Below, piece after piece: positions 55,801-64,000 of a stretch of DNA of 64,000 bases. The notes beneath the pieces are model-generated. The model saw nothing but the letters and a program-made list of their open reading frames with translations, did not search any database and was not told the DNA's origin. Source of the DNA: Gracilinanus agilis (Eukaryota); NCBI RefSeq assembly GCF_016433145.1, contig NC_058130.1, forward strand, positions 140,685,372 to 140,749,371, read 5' to 3'. Position numbers and translations under genes: made by a program. Every line of letters begins with the position of its first letter. Position 1 is the first letter of the stretch.

Positions 55801-58800
55801 ACAGAAATGAGTCATTATGGAGATAACATAAACAAATTTTATATAGCTCTTGAAGGTTTTCAAAGCATTTTATGAAGATTATCTTATTTTATCCTCACAA
55901 TTCTGGAGGGAGGTGCTATTATCATCCCTATTTTTACAAATGAGGAAACTGAATCAGACAGGATTAAGTGACTTGCCTAGAGTCACATAGCTAGTAAGTG
56001 TGAGACTGTATTTGAACTTAGATGTTCCTGACTCTAGCTCTAGCACTCTAACCACCAATCCTCTTTGTTGCTTTATAAATGCAGAAATTATTATTGGGGA
56101 TGTAGACACTAAACTCTAGCCCAACTATCAATAATATGGAATTAGGTCTTAATCAATGATACATGTAAAACCCAGTGGAATTGTGCGTCAGCTAAGGAGG
56201 GTTAAGGGGGTTTAGGGGAGAGGGAAAGAACATGAACATGTAACTATGGGAAAATATTCAAAATTAAAATTAAAAATAAACAAACAAATAAATGCATAAA
56301 TTCCTCAAGAGTGGGGATTGTGCATCGGCTATGGGGGGTGGGGAGGTCAGGGGAGGGTGAAGGGGAAAGTAAGAACATGAATCATGTAACCATGGATAAC
56401 TTTTCTAAAAAATAAAAATTATCTAAAAAAAAGAGAGTGGGGAGTATTTCATATTTTTATCTTTGGATCCCTAGTACTTAGCATAATGTTTGGCATATAG
56501 TAGATGCTTATTAAATGTTTGCAGATCAATAGAGTACTCATATCAAAATCCCAAATCCAGTCCCACCTGAGATTTTCTTTATCCATAAATAATATATAGG
56601 CTGCCTCTTCATGTGTTGTATCTACAAACCTCACCTCACCTACCCTCATACTCCAATAGAATGTAAGCTGCTTGGAACAGGCACTATATTATTTTTAAAT
56701 CTTTGTGTCTCTAGTGAACTAAATAAATGTCTAAGTCTGTTGAATTCACAAGCCTGATTAGGTCCTTGTTCCATCTATTTACCTAAAAATGAAAATAGTT
56801 CACAATTATTAATCACTTTATAATTCACAAAAAAAAAAAAACCTTCCCATAACCATCCTGTGATATAGGCAATGAAAATACTATTATCTCTGTTTTACAG
56901 ATGAGGAAATTGAGATAGAGGTTAAATAACTTGTCCATAGTCATGTAGCTAGTTAGTGACAGGGCTTGAACCTTATGACTCCAAACCCTGTGTTCTTTCC
57001 AATGACACAGTGACCCTCAAGCGAGACCTGGCCTCTTCTATTTGGTTAGCCATAATGCTTCCTCTGGAGAAGACTGGGCTACAAGTGCTGTCCTTCTTCC
57101 TATTTGTAATTATTTCTGGTCTTTCTGACCACAGGGAAGGAAGAATCACATCCTGAGTCTTCTCCAGAGGCCATAAGGCAACTGGTATGTGAGAAATCTA
57201 GACTTAGATGAGAACAGGGATCAAGCTTTCTCTGGGTAGTGTGTAAACGGAATTAGCTCCAGCCCATCCATGGTCAAAACTCTACTATCAGAGATAATGT
57301 CATTCCCACCTCCCTTAGTGGGGAGAGGAGATCAGTTACCCACACGTGACAATAAGTAACAAATCAAGAACAAGGGACTGCCCTTTGGGCAGTCCAAATC
57401 AGTGTAGAGGCTGCCATTTGTCCACTTGAATTAGAGGTAGACCCACAGGAAGTAACCAACACACTTGAAGAGATAGTACCTTACCTCACTTGGCTTATAT
57501 TTAAACAAATATCAGGTAAGTCTAGTATTTGACTTTGAGGACTCAAGTTGGGGTTGTTTCACTGAAGAACATTTGCAGGGTACCTAAGTGGCTCAGTGGA
57601 TAGAATGCCAGGCTGGAAGACAGGAGGTCCTGGGTTCAAATTTGACCTTAGACACTTAAGATACTTAGTATCAATGCTAAGATAGAAGGTAAGTATTTTG
57701 AGAGGAAAAAAAAAAAAGAACATTTGTAGACTCTCAAATATCGGTACCCGGGCATCGTGCCTGACAGCTAAAGTAGAAATTTCTTCTGGGTGGCCCAGCC
57801 AGTGTTGCTGGTAGCCTGAGTGCAGGTCTTCCACTACAATCACACATCCACAGGTATAGGCAAAAAAGCCTGTATGGAGAGGCAGAAAAGTAGGAAATCA
57901 TTACTAGTGAGGACAGTAATTAAGTTAAAAGGAAATGGCTCCCTCTCTACCTTAAATTTAATATTAAACAATTTCTTAAAGATATATAACAGCTCAGTCT
58001 TGTCAAATCCATAGTATCCCCCAGCAATTACAAAATGATCATCAAATAATTATACTTATGCAAAGTTATATAGTTGGTAAAACTCTTTCTTTATCTCATG
58101 TCAGCCTCACAACCACAAGGTTGGTCCTATTACCCCCTTCACCATTATTTCCATTTTACAGATGAGGAAAAAAAACACACTAATAAGAGAAATGAAAATA
58201 AAAATAACTCAGAGGTTTCATTTCATACCCCAAAAATTGGTAAAAGTGAGAAAATTCAATGTTGGAGGCCCTGTGGAGAAAGAGGTAAAGCTCTCCTAAC
58301 AGTTTACATCAATACACTGTTGGCAGAGCTGTGAATTGGCCTAACCATTCAATTTGGAATTATGCTAAAAATGTGACTAAAAGATCCATAAGATCCATAC
58401 CCTTTGACCCAAAGATCCCTGCCAGGCATATACCTAAGTGGGCCAAAGAGAGAAAGGTCTCATGTACACTGGAATATTCATAGCAGCACTTTTTTTTTTT
58501 TAAACCCTTAACCTCTGTGTATTGGCTCATAGGTGGAAGAGTGGCAAGGGTGGGCAATGAGGGTCAAGTGACTTGCCCAGGGTCACACAGCTGGGAAGTG
58601 TCTGAGGCCAGATTTGAACCTAGGACCTCCCGTCTCTAGGCCTGACTCTCAATCCACTGAGCTATTTTTTGCAGTAGTAAAGAACTGGAAACAAAATGGG
58701 TACCAATCCATTGGGGAATGACTGAATAAAACAAAATATGGGATTGTAATGGAATATTGCTGTGCCAAAACAAATGATGACTATGAGCAGAATTTGGAGA

Positions 58801-61800
58801 AATATACCAAGATTTAAATGAACTGATGAAGAGTAATCAGAACCAATGACTAAAAATACATAAATGGAAAAAAGCCCCAAACCCCAAAATGGAATGCTAG
58901 TTAATTCTAATAGCCAAGCCTGATCCTTGAGAAGAGATGGGAAAAAAAAAAAATGAACCTTCTGCCCTTTGGAAAGGTAGGGGTCTATGGGCATGGAACA
59001 TTAAATACTATAAATATATTGGACTGCTGGCTGGCTCACTTAGAAGGGGAGGAAGGAAGAATACATAGAGAAATGAAGATGGCATAAAAAGATAATAATA
59101 AAATGTTTTTTTTAAATTCAGAAAACAATGTATTGAAGAAGGAACATTAGGTCCATGCAGTCACAGAGGTTTCAAAAACTCTGACCTATTTAAGTAATAA
59201 AAAATCCCAGGCTGTGACAATACTAGATTATATTGGGAAAGCTGCTTCCAATGCATTAATTCTTCAACAGATACCAGTTAGTACTCTAGAGTCTCTTAAC
59301 AGCAAACTGAGTTCAGGAAAGAGTCCCAGATTATACTTGTGATATCTTTCCTAACACCAGGCCCATTTTTTTCCAGGCTGCTCTCTACCTGTATCAGGTC
59401 TCCAGACCATGTTCCCCCGGCCATTTCCATTATAACCCACAACAGCTTTCAACCTCAAATACTCATGATTGTTTTTTGGGAAGGAGATTTTCTGAAAGAC
59501 AACAAACATCACATTTAGAAGACACAGTATATACAAGACCTACTTGTATTTCAGGCAAATGCATGCACAAATGCAGGCGCACATGCACACACACACACAC
59601 ACTCACACCCCTCTTCCTTGTTAGCATACACATAAACTCATGCACAATTCAACATATACTTATTAAGCTCCCTACTATGTGGACTTTGTGCTATATATTA
59701 GGGAGGTGCAGAGGTAAAATTAAGAAATTAAGAAAAAAATTTAAATTCCTGTCTCAGACACTTCCTAAGCTATGTAAGACCAAGAGCCCTTACAACAGCT
59801 CTTCTGCTTTGGAATCAAAAATTAGTATAGAGTCTAAGACAAAAGCTAAGGGTTTCAAAAAAAAAAAAGACAATTCCTGCTCCCAAAGACTTTACAGTCT
59901 AATAAACACAATTTATAGTCTAATAAATCACAATTAATACAACTAGAAAAAATGGCATGTAAAAAGATTCAAAGAGAGAGATTGCTTCTATCTGGGGGGA
60001 ACAAGGAAAGACATCAGAATTAGGTGCCTTCTATATCCCAGTAGTACATTTCACCATTTCATAATATAATCACTTAATTTATGTTTGTCAGATGAATTAA
60101 TAGATAGAGTTGGGATAAGGAAGAGTTCATTCCAGGTGTGGGGTATGGTAAAGTAAAGGCTCAAAGGAAAAGAGGGAATGACAAAATCAAGAAGCAATGA
60201 GTAGCAGCCTTCCTCTTGATAGAGAAATGGAGGAACCAAAGATGTGGAACCATTGTTATATGCTATCCAGCATGGCTGACATGTCCACAAATTTTGCCTG
60301 TTTTTGTTTATTGAAAGAAAAGGTTTTATTTGGGGTGTGGAGAGGACTATATATCAGAAAATAATTTAAAACAAAAGGCAAGTATTTTTTAAAATACTTT
60401 TTAAAAGATTAAAACAGTAAAAAGCCCAGTTTGGCTAGAATATGAAGTTCATGAAGGAATTAATGTGAGATAAAGTTTTAAAAGTAAGTTAGAAGCAAGT
60501 GGTAAAAGGTCTAGAAGGACAGCTTATGAAGCACAGACTGTACCTCAGTATGATAAGGGAAATCTCTGAAAGTTTTTGAGCAAAGAGGGACACAACTAAC
60601 TTTGTTCATTAGGAAGATTAAATGGAATGGCTAGGTATGAAAGCCAGATTGGAGGAGGGATAAAACTAAAAGACCAGCCAGGAGACCATGGTCATAGGCT
60701 ATAGAGAAGTGACAAAGACTAGAGGGATTGTGGAAGTGGAAAGGAAGTAGAATGAAAAGGATTTGATGACTAAATGGATATGGGGGTGAGGGAAATGGAA
60801 ACACAGATGACCTGAATGTGAGGACACAATGATAGGGTTTTGGGAGGAAGAGAGTTAGGACAGGAATCAGGAAATTCAGTTCAATTAATAACTTATTCTG
60901 TGACCCTAGCTGATCATTTAATGTCCTGAGTCCCTCAGGTTACTCTTACCTTGGGAAGAGTAGACGCTTTATATCGAGCAATAAAATGTCTGTAGGAATC
61001 AGGGCGAACATGGTTCTGGGGTTCCACAATCTTGCCATTGCCAGTATCTACCAAAAGATAAATAGTAGATACAGGATCAAAGTCTGCCCTTTCTCTCTTA
61101 GTCTCTCTAGCCCTTCCAAAGGAAAATAACTTTTAAATGGAAAGTTTCTTTTTGGCTCTTCACTTAGAAAACATGAAAGTTGGTACTAAGGACCCATAAA
61201 ATCACTAACAGTGACATTGGAGTGGTCTATATCAGTAGTAGCAAACTCAAATAGAAACAGATTTCTGTGGGCAATAGCTAACAGACTTTAAAAATCACAA
61301 ATTAGCATTATCTATGCTGTGCTGTACTTTTATTTATTTTATTAAACATTTCCAAATTACATTTTAATCTAGTTTCACTGGCACTTGGGAGTTTTGCAGG
61401 CACAAAAGCTTGATATCTTCAATCTATATGGTGGTAATGTGCACCACGGTGCCCAAAAGGAAAACAAAGTAAGCAAAAAGACCAGGACAATAATGGTAAC
61501 TCACTATTCTATAGCATTTTTGATTGATTAGATTATCCCCATTTTATAAGCAAAGAAACTGAGGCTCAGAGAGTCTGTATTTGCCTTTAGTCACACAGCT
61601 AGTAAGTAATACACCTGACATTTGAATAGGTCTTCTGACTCCAAACCCAGTGCTCTTCCCACTATACCATGATGCTTCTCATATGACAGATAAATTCATA
61701 CATTAGATAATGAATCCCAAATAATCAAAAGCTGACTTTTGCCAACCATGACAATGTTTTGGAGTTATTCCATCACTGAATAGCAAGATCCCCTAAAGAC

Positions 61801-63177
61801 TAGAAGAAAAATGCTAAACTACCCATTGAGGGGCAAAAGGTAAATCTGAACACCACTGACCTAATTTGGTCTTCCCAGGGCCACTTGTATCCTCATCTAT
61901 TTTCTTTTCAATATATGGATCAGAAGTTTTGTGAGTCATTCCCAAGATATGGTCTTTTAAACAGGTACCTTCATCATCAGACTCTGAAAAAACATCTGTA
62001 AAAGAAGAGATCAAATAAAAGCAGGAGACCATTACACACACATGTGCAAACCATAGGTAGTGTCTAGAACAGCTGTGGAAATTACCACCACCACATTTAT
62101 CACAAATATTTGAAAATGGAGAAGGAAAATGAATGCTATACAATCAGATCACAATCTCCTTTTGGAGAAACTTTTAAAAAAATATTTCCTATATAGCTTT
62201 TGTCCTAGGAACATGAGCACTCAGTTGCCTTTTTATATTTTGGGGAAAAAATGAACAATGCAGCTACCATTTGAAGAATGAATCTTTAAGTAGAAACCAT
62301 AAGCTTTCCCCTCCCTAGAAGACCACAACTATCTTCACCATGCTTTTTCCCAGGGGGCATAGCGCTAATATCCAGATGAGGTGGGGAGGCCAGAGATGGC
62401 ATAGGTATTAACTGACGAGGTATCCCATTGGTTATAGAGGCTGCATCTCTAGTCTTCTCAGTTTTTGGTCCTGGGAACAGAAAAGGCCACAGATCACATA
62501 GATCATGGAGATGTCAAAGGCACCAACAGAACGAGCCCCACTCCCACCCTCCTAGACACTATGTTCCTGGCTCTAATATTGTAAAAATGTACTTTTCTTT
62601 TTATAGTCTTTCTTAGAATGTTGACAAATAGAGCTAAATAGAGAAAAGGGAAAGTTCAGGATATTCAGTTATAAAGCTGGGGAGGGAAGGCTAATAAAGG
62701 ATTGGCCTGGTTTGTAGGGTATAAATATGCCCTCTGTGTAGGCATCCTACTAAGACACAGAAGAGTTACCTATTCCAGAGAATTACCATTTCAAATTTAT
62801 CTTGTAGCACTAATAAAAAACTAGCACCTAACAGTAGGATTGCACAAAGGATAGACAGTTGGATTCGAAATGAAGATGACCTGAGTCAAGACCTGCCTCT
62901 GGCCTTATGATCATGGGCAAGGAATTCAACTGTGCCTCAGTTTCCTCATCTATACAATTTAGAGATAGGGAGCTTGGTGATCTATAAGGCCCCTTCTGGC
63001 TCTAAAACTATGACCTTTGATTTCTGGCCAAAGAGACAAATTCCACTGACGATATTTGTCAATATATAGGCAAATATATTCTTCCCTTCTTTCAACATGG
63101 TCTAGACTCTAGACTAGGTTAAGGGGAACAACTCACCAGTATCAAGAGAGGGAGAAGATTCTATAGACCAATGGACA
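34806..63177 (-). CDS. WDR90: WD repeat-containing protein 90, C-terminal part (5' end outside the window)
   Basis: Exons 63177-63137, 62470-62339, 61995-61861, 61047-60950, 59491-59389, 57869-57748, 54150-53991, 53554-53364, 53130-52962, 50917-50806, 46338-46167, 45536-45414, 44841-44664, 37477-37347, 36985-36842, 36753-36634, 36289-36205, 35020-34806. Phases are consistent and introns are GT-AG. Contains LRLKAVVGYNGNGRGNMVWRPDTG and FVGHNDTVHLCRFTPSGKLLFTAAYNEILVWEV. The first four (linker) exons rest mainly on splice and phase evidence. Confidence 0.9.
35263..35463 (+). mobile_element. Marsupial SINE
   Basis: Same consensus. Confidence 0.88.
35741..35937 (-). mobile_element. Marsupial SINE
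   Basis: Same consensus, inverted relative to 35263-35463. Confidence 0.88.
39047..39233 (-). mobile_element. Young SINE1_Mdo-type copy
   Basis: Short-tail subtype; TSD ttataatag(c/t)ta. Confidence 0.88.
39563..39975 (+). mobile_element. Older SINE with a younger SINE (39724-39943) inserted in its tail
   Basis: 15-bp TSD agaactgataccaaa at 39709-39723 and 39944-39958. Confidence 0.88.
40917..41115 (-). mobile_element. Marsupial SINE
   Basis: Same consensus. Confidence 0.85.
41632..41835 (+). mobile_element. Young SINE inserted in the HAL1-like element
   Basis: 16-bp TSD aaatgtaatgagaata. Confidence 0.9.
42133..42330 (+). mobile_element. SINE inserted in the HAL1-like element
   Basis: TSD aataatt(a/g)gatta. 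Confidence 0.88.
43824..44215. mobile_element. Non-autonomous hAT MITE, family A
   Basis: TIRs cagcaatggagaacct and aggttcaccatcactg; perfect 8-bp TSD acctagtg. Confidence 0.88.
47200..47925 (+). mobile_element. Old L1 3' fragment
   Basis: ccctttgccccagcaatatcactact..aaatgttttcagcagctcttttgtagtggcaaagaattggaaac, ending in an A-rich tail. Confidence 0.8.
48150..48480 (+). mobile_element. Partial SINE followed by a MIR-type CORE-SINE
   Basis: gtcctgggttcaaatct..gggcaagtcactt, then cagtttcctcaactgtaaaatgagg. Confidence 0.7.
49178..49307. mobile_element. Truncated hAT MITE, family A
   Basis: One TIR (cagtgatgacaaacct) plus matching subterminal sequence; the other TIR is missing. Flanked by tcctagga/ccctagga. 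Confidence 0.6.
50737..50785. repeat. (TGAA)n microsatellite, probably an expanded L2 tail
   Basis: About 12 units following an L2-like 3' end (gtgcctggcatgtagt..). Confidence 0.9.
51020..51720 (+). mobile_element. Old L1 3' fragment
   Basis: L1 ORF2-end and 3' UTR-like sequence (ggtggagctgtaaactggcacaactattttggaaag..). Confidence 0.7.
51745..51930 (-). mobile_element. Marsupial SINE
   Basis: Same consensus. Confidence 0.8.
52320..52505 (+). mobile_element. Marsupial SINE
   Basis: Same consensus. Confidence 0.82.
56090..56435 (+). mobile_element. Two adjacent short L1 3' stubs
   Basis: Each ends in catgaa(t)catgtaac..A-rich tail; TSDs taaatgca(g/t)aaatt and agagtgggga. Confidence 0.75.
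57575..57712 (+). mobile_element. Internally deleted SINE
   Basis: SINE head joined to tail without the CORE middle; TSD-like aagaacatttg. Confidence 0.7.
58200..59110 (+). mobile_element. Old L1 3' fragment interrupted by a SINE
   Basis: tttcataccccaaaaattgg..ccatacccttgacccaaagatcc..gcagtagtaaagaactggaaac. Confidence 0.75.
58490..58662 (-). mobile_element. Young SINE inserted in an L1 fragment
   Basis: SINE1_Mdo-like consensus. Confidence 0.85.
61233..61421. mobile_element. Older AT-rich hAT MITE, family C
   Basis: Degenerate TIRs, TSD gtctatat/atctatat; a related copy lies at ~27660-27835. Confidence 0.55.
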
Positions 63178-63219
63178 CTGAAAAGGTAATGAAAGAAAGG
63201 ATGTCATTACAAAGTAACT

Positions 63220-64000
63220 CAATGGACGAGCTAACATAATAACAATGACCATTCTACCCAAATTAATTCACCTATTTAGTGACATACCTATCAAACTACC
63301 AAAAAACTTTTTTACTGAATTAGAAAAAACTATAACAAAGTTCATTTGGAATAACAAAAGATCAAGAATATCAAGGGAAATAATGAAAAAAAAAAATGTG
63401 AAGGAAGGTAGCCTAGCAGTGCCAGATATTAAACTATACTCTAAAGCAGCGGTCATTAAAACGATATGGTACTGGCTAAGAGACAGAAGGGAGGATCAGT
63501 GGAATAGACTTGGGGTAAATGACCCCAGCAAGACAGTATATAATAAACCCAAAGAGCCCAACTTTGGGGACAAAAATCCACTATTTGACAAAAACTGTTG
63601 GGAAATTTGGAAAACAATATGGGAGAGACTAGGTTTAGATCAACATCTCACACCCTACACCAAGATAAATTCAGAATGGGTGAATGACTTGAATATAAAG
63701 AGGGAAACTATAAATCAGGGGCCAGCAACTATGGCTCTCGAGCCATATCTGGCTCCACCTCTGGACCAGCCAGTCAGGGCAGAGCCCCAGGATGTGCCCC
63801 AGGGGGCCCTTCAGCCCCCGCCCCAAATTCCAGCGCCTTCTGCCTCCATCCTCCTCCTTCCTCAGGCGTTTATGGCTCTCACGGCCAAAAAGGTTGCCAA
63901 CTGTTGCTATAAATAAGTTAAGTGAACACAGAATAGTATACCTGTCAGATCTCTGGGAAAGGAAAGATTTTAAAACCAAGTAAGAGTTAGAGAAAATTAC
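63220..64000 (+). mobile_element. 5'-truncated marsupial L1, ORF2 C-terminal region; continues off the window
   Basis: Translation MTILPKLIHLFSDIPIKLPKNFFTELEKTITKFIWNNKRSRI..LAVPDIKLYSKAAVIKTIWYW..FDKNCWEIW..LTPYTKINSEW is typical of L1 ORF2. Confidence 0.95.
63716..63906. mobile_element. Non-autonomous hAT MITE, family B, nested in L1 ORF2
   Basis: TIRs caggggccagcaac and gttgccaactgttg; perfect 8-bp TSD ctataaat; L1 ORF2 resumes on the other side. Confidence 0.9.

Noticed and set aside
63245-63916. 223-aa chimeric ORF as a novel gene
   Set aside because: It is L1 ORF2 reading by chance into the inserted MITE.

Overview
This is mammalian genomic DNA, and the SINE and L1 content points to a marsupial, most likely the opossum Monodelphis domestica. 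The block is syntenic with human 16p13.3. I reconstructed four spliced protein-coding genes by hand from splice sites and reading phase. On the minus strand lie the 3' part of WDR90 (18 exons in the window; the 5' part is off the right edge), a complete RHOT2/Miro2 (19 exons, 618 aa, one GC-AG intron) and a complete RHBDL1 rhomboid protease (8 exons, 373 aa). On the plus strand lies an intact 5-exon, 236-aa gene that the ORF track only shows in fragments. Its product has a helix-hairpin-helix (HhH-GPD) DNA-glycosylase-like signature and a C-terminal NLS, and it sits where the human genome has the lncRNA STUB1-DT; this is the most interesting item. The introns carry many marsupial tRNA/CORE-derived SINEs, L1 fragments, an ORF1-only (HAL1-like) element and at least three families of non-autonomous hAT DNA transposons with TIRs and 8-bp nnnTAnnn target duplications. 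One hAT element is inserted cleanly into an L1 ORF2. I saw no rRNA, tRNA gene or CRISPR array. All comparisons to other species come from recalled knowledge, not from searches.
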